Assembly: GCF_036365525.1 (NCBI RefSeq)
Contig: NC_090404.1
Coordinates: forward strand, 7,254,001 to 7,318,000
Reading direction: 5' to 3'
DNA from: Heterodontus francisci
Taxonomy: Eukaryota
DNA: 64,000 nt
Position numbers and translations under genes: made by a program
The notes under the pieces: generated by a model
Databases searched by the model: none
Seen by the model: the letters and a program-made list of their open reading frames with translations, nothing else
What the model was told of the DNA's origin: nothing
In this document: positions 1 to 13,134 of the stretch, in pieces
How positions within the stretch are numbered: position 1 is the first letter of the stretch
How the letters are laid out: each line of letters begins with the position of its first letter

Positions 1-500
1 TTATATGTCCATGTGTGTGTGCTAATGTGTTATTTATGCCTGCTTGTGTCCCCATGAGTGTGCAAATGTATGTTTTTGTTGATGTCTACGTTTATGTATT
101 AATGCATATATTAATGTGTGTTTATGTGAGCATGTGTGTGAATGTATGTGCTGATGTGCGCGCTTGTGTATCCATGTTAATATTGGTGTCTATTTGTTTG
201 TGAATGAGTGTGTTAATGTGTTAGTGTGTCTGTTTATCTGTGTGCATATGTACGCGAGTCTGTTAATATGCGAGTGTATGTGTCCATGTATGTGTTAATG
301 TGTGTGATAGTGTGTGCTTTTATGTCTAGGTTTCTGCTTTCGTGAGACTGTACTAACGTGTGCATTTATGTTCGTGTTTGCGTATGTGACTGTGGGAATC
401 TTTCTTTCAGCGTTTGGGTTTGTTTGTGTATGTAGATGCAAATGTGTGTTTGTACATGTGCGTGTGTTTATGTGTTTGTTTATGTCCGTGTGCCTGTACA
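1..500. repeat. TG-rich low-complexity tract
   Basis: Degenerate (TG)n / TGTGTA / TGTGTT runs. Confidence 0.85.
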
Positions 501-1541
501 TTTTTATTATTAAACGAAATTTCAGAGAGTACAAATAACCACGTCTAGCCCTGACGGTGTGCACTGCAGAGAATATTCTTTATCGTTCTGTGCGTAAATC
601 TATTCTGTGCGAGATGCAATATGACATCAGCTGGATGAATGCAACAATGAAAATGATGGGCCTCAGCACAACAGGAATAGTGGATGATTAAATCACCAGT
701 TAGATTTAGACTATTGGAATTTAATCTGTCAGGGAACGTGGCCAACAGGAAAATGTTTTAAGATATCATGTTGCATAAAGATATATTTTGCAATATGTTT
801 CCCATTTGGAATGTTTAAACCTTCGTACAGTGAACTGGAAGCCGACTTTGAACTGATGGCAATTGAATCCGATCATGAAGAGCAGTTGGCTTCCAATCTC
901 TCTGCAGGGGGAGTGGGAGTATAGTGGGTTAACAAATGCCCTTACTCCTTTCTCTTTCGAGGAATTGGTGAGGGGTGGGGGGCCTATTACAGTAGTTCCA
1001 CAATTGCCTTCCTTCTCTATTGGTGAAGTGGAGGAACAGTGGATTAACAATTACCCTTTCCCCCTCTCTGTTTAGGATGTGGATCAATAGTAGATTAATA
1101 AATTGTACTTTCCCCTCTTTCTGATGGAGAATTGTGAGTGCAGATCGTACTTGTGTGTGGCCTTCGGTTCAGTTCCCAGAGCCTGTGATGCTGAAACTGC
1201 AAACTGACCTCAATACCGAAGGGGTGGACAACACGAGAAGCAGGAATACCGATATCTAAATGCACTTCGTTTGTTCGTTAGAAAAGGGAAATTTTCAGAT
1301 ATCCCCAGACAAGGCAGGAGGAAAGCTAAGTTGCTGGTGTTACCTTCCGGAATCCTGTAATGAATCAGTTTTCCTCTGTCGCTAACCTGTGGGATCTGAG
1401 TTGGGAGCACTGATTGCACAAGACTTGGGCCCGAGACCTGCAAATATCCCACTTTAGATGAATAGATCTACCCTTAGAAAATGTGGGAAGCAGAATTAAT
1501 TGAGCGCTTGTGTATTTGAATCGTGATTGGAGGAAAATGTC

Positions 1542-1557
1542 TTTATTGATTTTTATT
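1542..1557 (-). terminator. Two AATAAA polyadenylation signals for secretory mu mRNA
   Basis: tttatt at 1542-1547 and 1552-1557, 30-45 nt after the tailpiece stop codon. Confidence 0.75.
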
Positions 1558-1585
1558 TAAGAATTAAAATGCAATCGAGAGATTC

Positions 1586-1977
1586 TCATTGACATGAATT
1601 GACAGTATCCAACAGTGCAAGGGAAATGTTCACAAAACTCGGTTTACCGCTGGATTTATTAACTGTTCTGTTGATGATCTTCAAGGGGATCGCTTCATGT
1701 CCCACCACACAGGAGTATGAAGCGCCGCTGGCCCACTCCTCCGCTGCAATGGATAACAGGCTGTAGATGAAGTAGGAGCTATTGTCGTTCTCCGCCATCA
1801 CCTCGGTGTTCTTGTAGTTACCGGGATTCACCGACTTGTCATTGACGGTCCACTTGACGAAGATCTCTCGGGGGGAGAAACCTCTCACTAAGCAGGTGAG
1901 GGAGAGGAACCTCTGAGCGGAGACATCGTCTGCCGGGGGCAGGAGGACAGATACGGACGGTTCCCGCAGATCTTTAT
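1586..1977 (-). CDS. IGHM: IgM CH4 exon plus secretory tailpiece
   Basis: Acceptor ttctgcag then (N)[63 protein letters not shown]; internal donor G|GTAAA at 1648/1647 for the TM splice; tailpiece has the NIS sequon and penultimate Cys. Confidence 0.96.
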
Positions 1978-2478
1978 CTGCAGAAAAATTAAAATAGATA
2001 TCAATGAACTGGATAATTCCACAGACAATGTAACCGTTGGTTAGATGTGAGAGAAATGTGATTTGTGCTGAATTTTAAAGGTTTCCCTTTCCCCTCTGCG
2101 GCCTGTCCTGTTTTCCAGCCCGGAGCAGAGGCGGATGCAATCCCCTTCGCAGAGAACTTAAAGGATTAGACTGGAAAATTACATAGAAGTAAAAAGCACA
2201 GGAACAGGTCATTTAGCCCAGCTAGCCTGTGCTGGTGTTTATGCCACCCACGAACCTCCTCCCACCTCACTTCATCTCTTTCTAAACCTTTCTCCCTCAT
2301 CTACTTATCTAGCTTCCCCGTAATTGCATCACCTCTGGTTCCAGAGCGTTTCGTTTGCAGAATTACAATTAAATTATCAGAATAATCCATGAGAACACTT
2401 AACAGGACGAATTGTTCCTTGTACAAACACCGGAAATAAGCACAACCTCTCACTTATTGTTTCAATCTCACCGCTCAC

Positions 2479-2787
2479 TTTTTTCCTTGTGGATGAAATC
2501 TCTGAGAGGAGTCGGCAGATCCTGATGGCTCACCACACAGTAGAAATCAACCCCACTCAGCCAGGATTGTGCCGAGATGTCTACGGTGCTGATCACACTG
2601 TCGGAATCCTCTCCGGGTTGCACGGCAATCTCAGATTTCAAAGGCTTCTGTTCTTGTGTCCAGGACACGTTGACACCATAAGGAGCATTAGACACGACGC
2701 AGGTTAAGGTCACCGTCGCCTCCAGTAAGACCTGTTCTATTGATGGTGGCAGTAGCTTAATTACTGGATCATTGCAGGAACAAGGAA
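2479..2787 (-). CDS. IGHM: IgM CH3 exon
   Basis: 309 nt, phase 1-1, ttttacag..A|gtgag; (V)[52 protein letters not shown], a C1-set domain. Confidence 0.96.
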
Positions 2788-3351
2788 CTGTAAAACAGAA
2801 ATGGCAATAAAACAAAGATTCATCTTCAGAATCAGACACCAATATTCAGCCTTCACTGTCTCTAGGAGAATAAATCAACTTCGAGACATCGACCTCAGGC
2901 TGTTGCTTTATTAATATCGTTTATTGGAAGGACAACAACCTGAAAAAGCTTCCGGGAGATTCTGTCACATATACTGTGTACTTGCACCCTAAAAAGCCTA
3001 TAATGGGCTTTGAAGCAAGTACCCAGAGTAAAAATCGAATAATTGCGGGAGAAATTGTGTTACGCACTGAATAATGTTCTTCCCGAAATCCCTTCGGAGC
3101 AAGCTCGAAGGGCCGTATGGCCTACTCCTGTTCCTAATTCGGATGTTCGTTTGTTAGTATTTCCGCCCGTCTATCAGTCCTTGCACCGGATCACATCTCC
3201 TCTAAATATAATGGCTCTGACACCCACGAGCTCTTTATCTAATTCACACTGGCTCATAACGAGAGTCAAATGAAATCCCGAATTTTAGGCCCAACAGGAA
3301 ACAAACTTAATTTTCTGGCACCTTGTCACGGTATTTGGGAAGAGGAAAATA

Positions 3352-3692
3352 TTTAGATTTTAGATTTAGAGATACAGCACTGAAACAGGCCCTTCGGCCC
3401 ACCGAGTCTGTGCCGACCATTAACCACCCATTTATACTAATCCTACACTAATCCCATATTCCTGCCATTTCCTCACCTGTCCCTATATTCCCCTCCCACC
3501 TACCTATACTAGGGGAAATTTATAATAGCCAATTTACCTATCAACCTGCAAGTCTTTTGGCTTGTGGGAGGAAACCGGAGCACCCGGAGAAAACCCACGC
3601 AGACACAGGGAGAACTTGCAAACTCCACACAGGCAGTACCCAGAATTGAACCCGGGTCGCTGGAGTTGTGAGGCTGCGGTGCTAACCACTGC
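3352..3692 (-). mobile_element. tRNA-derived V-SINE (HE1-like)
   Basis: GCAGTGGTTAGCAC..GGTTCAATTC head, V-domain TGCGTGGGTTTTCTCCGGGTGCTCCGGTTTCCTCCCACA, CR1-like 3' end. Confidence 0.85.
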
Positions 3693-4544
3693 ATCTGAAG
3701 GAACCAATCGGAGGAGGGGTGAAAAACCGGGAAAATGCACTTCTGAGGAATCGCTTTGAGGTGCAGAATAACTTACAATAACGGTATGAGGCAGTTTTCT
3801 TATATCTGTCATGAGTCAGAACGCCTCATATGTCAGTCTGCAGTCAGAAGGCGATCTGACAAGAGGGCAATAATAGAAACATAGGAAAAAGCGTAGGTCA
3901 TTCAGCCCCTCCAGCCTGTTCTGCCATTCAAATAGGCAATGGCTGACCTGCATCTTAATCCCGTCTGCCCATATGCGATCCTTAATAGTCTTGCTTTGCA
4001 TAAATCTATCAATCTCAACATTAAAATTTCCAATTGATGCCAAACTTCAAGAGCGAGTTGAGGGAGAGAATACCAGATCACCGATAGCCACTGCATAAAT
4101 GTTAGCTTCCTGATATCATCCCTGAATAACCTTGGTCTCATTTGAAAGTTATGCCCCCTTGCTCTCCAGTCCCTCACCAGAGGAAATATTTTTCTCCATC
4201 GACTCCATCAATTGCAGTAAACATCTTAAACACCTCAATTAGATCCCCCTTCAATCCTGAAAGCAATGCCAGATTGGTCTGTGAAATCTGTCCTCTTAAT
4301 TTAACCCGTTCAGCCGCGCTACAATTCAAGTCAGTTTCTGTTGCACCACTCCCACGGCCAATAGATTCCTCCTGAACTCCGGAGTTCTGAATTGAACACA
4401 GTTTTCGAAATCGATGCTCTTTCTAGCGCTTGATCCCGAGGCTGTAACCAGGAAACGTCCAGCCACTTATTGCCGCTCTGAATATAATCAGCCAACTCAA
4501 GATAAACCTGATATCAAGGCCACCTCATTCACTATGTGACATCA

Positions 4545-6520
4545 ATGAGATGTAAGACTGAGGATTGGGAGTGTTTTAGAAAGCAGCAAAGGACAACCAA
4601 AAAGTTGATAAAAAGGGGAAAAAATAGAATTTGAGAGTAAACTAGCCATCAATATAAAAATAGTTTGGAAGATCTTTTATAAGTACATAAAAAGGAAAAG
4701 AGAAGCCAAAGTAGACGTTGGTCCCTTAGAGGCAGAGACAGGAGAAATCATCATGGGGAATGAGGAAATGGCAGAGGCATTGAACAAATATTTTGTGTCT
4801 GTCTTCACAGTAGAAGACACAAGTTCCATACCAGAAACAGGCAGTAACCTAGCGGCTAAAAAGAGTGAGAAAATTAAGGATATTGATATCAGCCGAGAAA
4901 AAGTATTGGAGAAACTTGACAGAGTAAAATCTGACAAGTTCCCAGGACCTGATGGCTTACATCCTGGGGTTCTAAAAGAGATAACTGCAGAGATAGTGGA
5001 TGTGATGGCTATGACTTTCCAGAATTCCTTAGATTCAGGAATGGTCCCATCAGCCTGGATGTTATGGCAAATGTTATGCCGCTTTTCAAGAAAGGAGGTA
5101 GAGAGAAAACAAGGAACTACAATCCAGTTAGCCTGACGTCAGTCGTTGGAAAGATGCTGGAAACTATTATTAAAGAAGTCTTGACATTACACTTGGAAAA
5201 GCATAGTATGATTAGAACAAGTCAGCGTGGTGTTACTAAAGGGAGATACTGTTTAACAAATGTATTAGAGATTTCTGAGGATGTAACTAGTAGGGCAGAT
5301 AAAGGGGAACGTGTAGATGCAGTGTACCTGGACTTTCAAAATGCATTCAGTAAGGTGCCACATAAAAGAATAATAGGCAAGGTCAGGGCACATGGTGCTG
5401 GAGGTAGTATATCAGCGCGGACAAAGGATTGGTTAACAGACAGGAAGCAGAGAGTGGGCATAAATGAGGCATTTTTAAGTTGGAAGGCAGTGAATAGTGG
5501 GGTGCCGCAAGGATCAGTGCTGGTGTCTCAGCTATTTACACTCTATATTAATGACTTGGAAGAAAAGACAGAGAGTAATGTATCTAAGTTTGCTGATGAT
5601 ACAAAGTTCAGTGGAAAGGTAAGCTGTGGGGAGGATATAAAGAGAGGCTGCAAAGAGATATAGACAGGTTAAGTGACTGGGCAACAAGTTGGCAAATGGA
5701 GTATTATATCGGGAGTTCTGAAATTGTTCACTTTGGTCGTAAAAATAGAAAAGCCAAATATTTTGGAAGGAGTGAAAATGGTAAGTGTTAATGTTCCAAG
5801 AGACTTGGGGGTACTCGTGCAAGGAACACACAAAGTTACCATACAAGTGCATCCGTCCATTAGGAAGGTAAATGGCATGTTGGCCTTTTGTGCAAGGAGA
5901 TTGGAGTACAGGAATAAAGAAGTCTTACCAAAATTGTACAGGGCTTTGGTGAGATCGCAAATGGAATACTGCGTGCAGTTTTGGCCTTCACATTGAAGAA
6001 AGGATGTCCTTTCACTTGAGGCAGTGCTGCGAAGATTTACTAAATTGGCCGCTTGTCCGGTGGGCTTGTCCGGTGATGAGAGACTGAGTAAATTGGGCCT
6101 ATATTCTCTGGCGTTTAGAAGAATGAAAGGCAATCTAATTGAGACACACGAGATTCTGAAAGGGCTTGATAGGGTAGAAGCTGAGAGATTGTTCCCATTG
6201 GTCAGGCAATCATAAACACGGGGAAACAGCCTCAGGATAAGGAGCCAATAATTCAGGACTGAGATGAGAAGAAATTACTGCACTCAAAGAATTGCGAATC
6301 TTTGGAATTCTCCACCACAGAGGGTTGTGGATGCTCCATCATTGAATACATTTAAGGCTGGCATAGATAGATGTTTGGCCTCGCGGGTAATCAAGGGATA
6401 TGGGGAGCGGGCAGGAAAGTGGAATTGAAGCCCAAGAACAGCCATGATCGTACTGAATGGCGAAGCAGGCTCGATGGGCCATATGGTCTACTTCTGATCC
6501 TATTTCTTGTGTTCTTGTAT
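4545..6520 (+). mobile_element. CR1-clade LINE ORF2 (RT) remnant in the CH2-CH3 intron
   Basis: KFPGPDGLHP, NYNPVSLTSVVGK, YLDFQNAF, SGVPQGSVL, FADDTK, MEYCVQFW; ttcttgtg tail. Confidence 0.92.
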
Positions 6521-6734
6521 CAAAGCAGAGGGAACCATTATTTGGTGATGTAATAACATGTTGAACCGTGAGCAAACCTAATTCAGCACTCACAGCGGAA
6601 CAAAGCAAAATAAAACCTACATGATGGTAAATTAGAAATTATTCTGTGATTTGTACTAATTCCAATAATTTCCTGCCTTTGATATTCATCATAGAACAGA
6701 ATGATCTGGAGCTTTCTCCATTTGTGTCTCTTAC

Positions 6735-7052
6735 CCTGAGATCCGGTGATGTTTCGGCTTTGGGTGACCGCTTGATGGGAGACCTGGCAGGTATAGACCG
6801 TGTTGGTGAACCATTCCCCAGCGGGGACTGTCAGCCGACTGGTCGCTGAGAAGTTTCCGTTCACTTCACAGGCGGGAGAGGTGACGAAGCCCGAATCCAT
6901 GGATTGTCCATCCTTCAACCAACTCACGGTTATTGACTCTGGATGGAAATCGATGATTGAACACAAGACAGTTGCAAATCTGCTGCTTGTGATTTCTTCA
7001 CTGGAAGTCTGGGTGAGGAGAACAGTTGGATGGACGATGTCGCCTTGACAAT
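6735..7052 (-). CDS. IGHM: IgM CH2 exon
   Basis: 318 nt, phase 1-1, cttgaag..G|gtaag; (D)[46 protein letters not shown]. Confidence 0.96.
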
Positions 7053-7255
7053 CTTCAAGAAAAACATGTTAGACATTTCTAGAAGAAATTAATAACTAAT
7101 GCAAACTGTTCTTACATTTTAACAGATGTCAAGCAGACACTAACTGGAATCTCCAGGAATTAGAACAGAGCACAGTGCTCTAAATGTGATATAGCCAAAG
7201 CTCTACAAAAGATTATTATAGCTTTTGTGTTTTTCACAGTTTCCACAACACTAAC

Positions 7256-7552
7256 CTGGAATTTCCTTGATCCAGACTGACTCTCCGCGTCGAACCTCGC
7301 AGTAGATTTTGCTGCTTCCCACCTCTGATTCGGTGATGGTTAACTGGCTGCTCAGGGTGTAGGTTCCCTTCTTGTTCAGCACTGACGGGTAAGTCTTCAG
7401 TCCAGTGGTGATCGTCTCTTGATCTTTCTTCCAGGAAACGCTGGTGATTTGGGGGATGTAGTCCATCGCCAAACAGCCGTAGGCAACGGAGCCACCGGTG
7501 TTGGGTTGTTCACAGGAGCACAGACCATAAAGTGTTGGGGGAGACGGTGTCG
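7256..7552 (-). CDS. IGHM: IgM CH1 exon
   Basis: 297 nt, phase 1-1, tttcccag..G|gttag; (A)[53 protein letters not shown]. Confidence 0.96.
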
Positions 7553-8291
7553 CTGGGAAACAATGGCAGATTGAACAAGTTAGACTCTGTGATTCTTGCT
7601 TATTAAGTAACCAGACACATCGGAATTTAACTCCAGCTAGAAACTGATTCCAATATTTTCCGATTAAAACCTTCATCCGCATTTCAGCTTCATTTAGATC
7701 CATCGTTTGGTGATAATCGCCTGTCGGTCCCCTGGTTAGGAAAACACCTCTCTTTCAGGACCTGTCACATTACAAAATTAAGAGCCTTTTGAAGTCATCT
7801 CAATAAAGTACCCTCCATTGGACTGATCTGGAAGAGGAGATTCCCCACTATTTCAGCTAGTACTTATTTCTAAACCAACAGCACCTTGCCAAAAAAAAAG
7901 CACTCGGCATTTATTAATTGCAGTTTTTGGAAATTTACTCTCTGCAAATTGACTGCTGGGTTTCCCCACCCCTCCACATACCACCACCAACCACCCACCC
8001 CACCCCTCCACCCCACGCCCACCCCCACCTCTCCCCACCCCCAAATAGCGGCTACTCTTAAAAAGAGGCATCGCAATGTGTGCTTATAAAACGAGTTTAT
8101 AACCCGAAACTTGACTCCCAGGCAAAGTCCTTTCATTATTTCCCCATAAAAAAACCTACAACAAATCCTAGCATGTACATGACCCAGGATTATAAAATAA
8201 TAGAAATGATAGCAGAGAAATAGGCCATTCGGTCCATCAAGCCTGTGAAAGATCACTCCAGCGATCCCGCTGACCTTCCAATTACTAATTT

Positions 8292-8458
8292 AAAGCAACA
8301 TACTGCGGATGCTGGAAATCAGAAATAAAAACAAGAAATGCTGGAAATGCTCAGCAAGTCTGGCAGTATCTGTGGAGAGAGAAACCGAGTTAACGTTTCA
8401 GGTCAGTGACCCTTCAACAGTGACCTGCTGAGTATTTCCAACATTTCTTGTTTTTATT
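8292..8458. mobile_element. Penelope pLTR-derived fold-back fragment in the J-C intron
   Basis: Homologous to 40500-40625; inverted arms aataaaaacaagaaatgctggaaatgctcagca / tgctgagtatttccaacatttcttgtttttatt. Confidence 0.75.
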
Positions 8459-9457
8459 CCAATTCCTAATCTTCTTTTCTAAAGTTCCATTTTATCCAGC
8501 TATGTTGGATTCTGTTGACAGCTCTCTTTCTGATAGGACATCCCAGATCCTAACAACCCCCTGTGTAGAAAAGTAGATTCATACCCTCTTCCTTCATTCT
8601 TTTGACGCTGATTTTAAATCAGTGCCCTCTGCAGTCCAACTCACTGATCTGGGCAAATTGGTTTCGAAATTTCTGGATAAAACATTCATTATTCAAAACA
8701 CCTCTACATGACTTCATTTTAATCTTCTATGTTCCCACAACAATAAAGAACTTTAACAATAAATAGTTGAAGTCTCCTTTGAAACATGGACTGAATCATT
8801 TAGTACACAGATTTCAGAGGGGAATTTTTACACAACCTAGTTTCTGGAATTAAAATTTTAGATGACTCGGCATTGACTCTAGACTATCAGTTTCCTTCTC
8901 AGTACTTGAAGATTGTGATTTGTGTTCTAGCTTTACTGAATGGATCTCTCCCGAGTTTGCTGCTCCCTCCAGCTCAATTAATAATCCGAAATAAATCCGA
9001 TTCCTAAATATCTGTCATCTGGAATGATGTTCTTGAAATGGTCCATTTAATTTTCCAAAGTATCTTCCCACCCCTCACCAGTGAGAACTGGTGTTGCTGA
9101 CTGTGTTGTTGCAGACACATCTTCTTGCAGCTTGCACCGACCATAATGTGAACATCAGGAGAGGTTTCTTCTATAAATATCTGATATTCACATTACTTAC
9201 ACATTATACATCGAGTGAATATCAGTAAGTTCCAGGCAAGGGAGGACAAAAGTTCCTGAAGTGTTATTGCTGACATGGCCAACTCTCACTTCTGTTTTGT
9301 GTGGACAATTCAAACACTTGAGGCTTATTGGTCAGATATTGAAAGCTCGCTCACCAAAAGGATGGAAAAGAGATTGTCGATGTTGGTGGCACAAAGGTTG
9401 GACAGATGGGCTCTCAAATGACATTAGATAACATTCCACATCAGACAACATTCAGAA

Positions 9458-9764
9458 ATTTTAGAAATACAGCACTGAAACAGGCCTTTCGGCCCACCGA
9501 GTCTGCGCCGACCAACAACCACCCATTTATACCAACCCGACAGTAATCCCATATTCCCTACCACCTACCTACACTAGGGGCAATTTACAATGGCCAATTT
9601 ACCTATCAACCTATAAGTTTTTTGGCTTGTGGGAGGAAACCGGAGCACCCGGAGAAAACCCACAGGGAGAACTTGCAAACTCCACACAGGCAGAACCCAG
9701 AATCGAACCCGGGTCCCTGGAGCTGTGAGGCTGCGGTGCTAACCACTGCGCCACTGTGCCGCCC
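9458..9764 (-). mobile_element. tRNA-derived V-SINE (HE1-like), near full length
   Basis: GGGCGGCACAGTGGCGCAGTGGTTAGC (A box), GGTTCGATTC (B box), V-domain. Confidence 0.87.
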
Positions 9765-9789
9765 ATTTGGGGAGCAGAATTTCGAAGTT

Positions 9790-10400
9790 CGAGAATTATA
9801 CGAAACAAATTGTGAGCAGGATAGCAACAGAGTTCAGGAGGACATAGACAGACTGGTGAAATATTCAGAGACAGAGCAGATGCAATTTAATGCGGTTAAA
9901 TGTGAAGTGCTGGACTTTGAGGAACAACGGGGAAAGCTAATGCAATGTAAGTGGTACTATTTTGAAGGGGGTAGAACGGTAGAGGGGCCTGAGGTGCATA
10001 TTCACAATGTTTTGAAGATGGTTAAGAAAGCAAATAGAACACTTGGTCTTGTAAAATGGATTATTGAATACAAACAAGGAAGTCATGTTAAAGCTTTGCA
10101 AGTCACTGATTAGGCTGGAGTATTTTTTGCACAATTCTGGCCATCACACTTTCGGAAGAAGGTCACGGCTTTGGGGAGAGTGCAGAGGGAGTTTACCAGG
10201 ATGATGTCAGGAATGAAGGAGTTCAGTTATGTGGAGAGATTATACAAGTTGAAATGTTCTCCTTCGCTGGATACTGAATAGGCATGTTCAAAATTATGGG
10301 ATGTCTTGATGTTGCAGATAAGGAGAAACTGTTTCCTCTGGCAAGTGGGTCAGTGGTAAAATAAATAATTGGCAACAAAATGGAGTGTGGGCGGGGTGGT
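9790..10400 (+). mobile_element. Degenerate CR1 LINE fragment
   Basis: QEDIDRLV..QMQFNAVKCEVL. Confidence 0.75.
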
Positions 10401-11359
10401 GGCTGCAGAAGGAGGTCTCTTTCCTGACAGAAGGTGATTTTCACAGAAGCATAGAACGGTTACAGCACAAAGGGAGACCATTCAACCCGTCGTGTCGATG
10501 CATGCTCTCTGTAAGCGCATCTGGAATGCACAAGGCACCAGGACATGTCCTAGAAGGAGACTACATTTCATGGTTACCAGGGGGGAAATGGCTTGTAGGA
10601 TTAAATTGGAGAGCTCTTTCAGAGCTAACACAGGCATGGCGGGCTGAATGGCCACATTACGTACGAGAAGATTCTGTGATCCTACCCGACTCAGTAGAGT
10701 TAGTTCTTCCAAATTCAATGGGAGGAAAGGCTTCATAAATTTGAACATCTCTGACATTTGTTTCTATTGCTTATTATAATGAAAGAGGATTTTTAAAATA
10801 AGAGGATCTGAAAGATTTAATAGAAGTGAGTCAATCAGATACCGTCGGAGACTTAAAGTTTATTGTGATTGACATTGATTGCAGGCTAACTGTATCACTT
10901 CAAAAGTTACACAGAAGCTTACTTCAGTGGCTTTGTGCCCTCTGCTGTGACCCAGTCCAATAACTGCATCTCAGAGTTTATCACTGCCTGTTATCTTTTG
11001 AAAATACTTGAACGAAATACTGGTTTTAAACATGAGATTATCATGATGGTTATTTGGAGCAGGAGTCTCGACTTTTCTCCATTTAAATCGCCAAAAGGTC
11101 TTCCAGCCTCATCAGATCAGAACAGGTGCTGTTCTCTGGTATGTTACAGTCACTTCCTGAAACTGTTTGTTCTGAAAGCGCTCTCAAAATCAGACCAATT
11201 TCATTCAATAATTATCTGATGCTTAACATTTTTAAATATTATTAATTCATTAAAATTTGGCCATGAAAGAATATTAATACCAATTAATATGCGTTGTTTA
11301 ATCTGGGCAATGGAACAATTTATTTTCATATATCTGGGTCAAGAACTCACAAGTTCTAA

Positions 11360-11790
11360 GTTAGATGCAGATTAAGGATGCTTGGAACACTGGGGAAAAC
11401 ACTCTCAGGTCAGGTGCAGGAAAGATAAGCGATCGAGTAAAGACCCCCTTGTACGGCCCTGTCATGAGCTGTAAGGTCAGACATCGCAAGTGTTATATTC
11501 GGAGGAAAGCCGCCTCTACACTACACTGTCGCTCTGGGTCAGGTACAGCACTAGTTTAATATTTAAAAAAATAGTTCCCTCTACGCTGTCCCATCAAATA
11601 CATCCAGGACAGGTTGAACCAGGTTTAGGTACAGAGTAATTTCTCCCTCTACCCTTGCCTCATCAAACGGATCCAGGATAGTTACAGTATGCATTAAGTA
11701 TGCAGTAAAGCTTCCCCTACATTGCCGAATCAAACACTCCCAAGGGAGGTACATTGCTGATTACAAACTGACCAAATATCCTTCTACAGT
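11360..11790 (+). repeat. Degenerate tandem repeat, unit about 65-70 bp, about 6 copies
   Basis: Recurring tacagagtaa..tccctctac..tcccatcaaac..ccaggacaggtaca. Confidence 0.65.
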
Positions 11791-12224
11791 CTGTCTGTCG
11801 TGTCTCTGAAGTGTTATTTCTGATTGTCACAGACTGGAATACTGATCTCATTGCTGAGGCGCCTCATCAAACTTAAAGTCAAAACTTTAGGTTTCTCACA
11901 GATACAAGCTTCTTAAATAAATGGATCAAGTTGCAGGAGAACGAATCAGACTGTTTACCACCTGTAGGGAGGGCTCCTCGTCCCGACACAGTAAGCAGGC
12001 GCACAGAAACTGAACAGGCACAAACGATGCAACAATCGGGCTCTCAGCAGATAGATCTGTTCAATCTGTCAATTTCAATGAAGCTGTTTGATTCTAATTT
12101 ATCAATTGTCAAATTGTGACCATTCCAAGTCTGTAAGCTCTTTGAAATTAAACTGATAGTCATTTCCAAAACTCCCTTCGACCTCCAAATGTTTCTCCCT
12201 GTCTGTTTGCAATCTTAAAAACGT

Positions 12225-13134
12225 GTATGAAAATTCTGAAGGAGAGAATCTATCTCCACTTGGCGAGGCAAAATTTGATTAGGTTATGGTCAGCATGGCG
12301 ATGTCAAATGGAATTTAACGCTGAAAAGTGTGAGGTGATACACATTGGAAGGAATAATGTGATACGGAAGTATTCAATGAATGACCTGACACTGGGAAGT
12401 TCTGAGGAATAAAGGGACCTTGGCGTGTTTGTCCATAGAACTCTGAAGGAAGAAGGGCAGGTTAATAGGGTGGTGAAAAAGGCATATGGGACACTTGCCT
12501 TTCTCAATCGAGGCATAGATTACAAAAGCAGGGAGGACATGTTGGAGTTGTACAGAACTTTGGTCAGGCCACACTGGAGTACTGTGTGCAATTCTGGTCG
12601 CCACATTATAGGAAGGATGTGATTGCACTGGAGGGGGTGCAGAGGCGATTCACCAGGATGTTGCCTGGGATAGAACATTTAAGCTATGGAGAGAGGTTGG
12701 ATCGGCTTGGGTTGTTTTCGCTGGAGCAGAGAAGACTGAGGGGTGACCTGATCGAGGTGTACAAGATTATGAGGGGCATGGACAGGGTGTGAAGGGAGCA
12801 TCTGTTACCCTTAGTTGAAGGGTCCATTACGAGGGGACAGTAGTTTAAGGTGAGGGGTGGGAGGTTTAAGGGGGATCTGAGGAAGAACTTACTTTTTTAC
12901 CCAGAGGATGGTGACGTTCTGGAAGGCCACTGCCTGGGTGGGTTGTCGAGGCCGGTTGCCTCACATCCTTTAAAAAGTACCTGGATGAGCATTTGGCACG
13001 TCACAACATTCAAGGCGATGGGCCACGTGCTGGCAAATGGGATTAGGTAGACAAATCAAGTGCCATTAATGCATCAGTGCAGACTCAATGGGCCGAATGG
13101 CCTCTTCTGCACTGTATTATTCTGTGATTCTGTG
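12225..13134 (+). mobile_element. CR1 LINE 3' fragment
   Basis: [33 protein letters not shown]; attctgtg tail. Confidence 0.9.

Noticed and set aside
436-443. Perfect octamer ATGCAAAT downstream of CH4
   Set aside because: Single hit inside a TG-rich tract with no supporting motif cluster
15-564. Val/Cys- and His/Thr-rich ORFs
   Set aside because: Translations of TG-rich low-complexity sequence
1-1540. IgM transmembrane exons
   Set aside because: No TM1-like exon recognised on the minus strand; presumably beyond the window start
9690-9764. tRNA gene
   Set aside because: The A and B boxes are the head of a V-SINE that continues into the V-domain and LINE-derived tail
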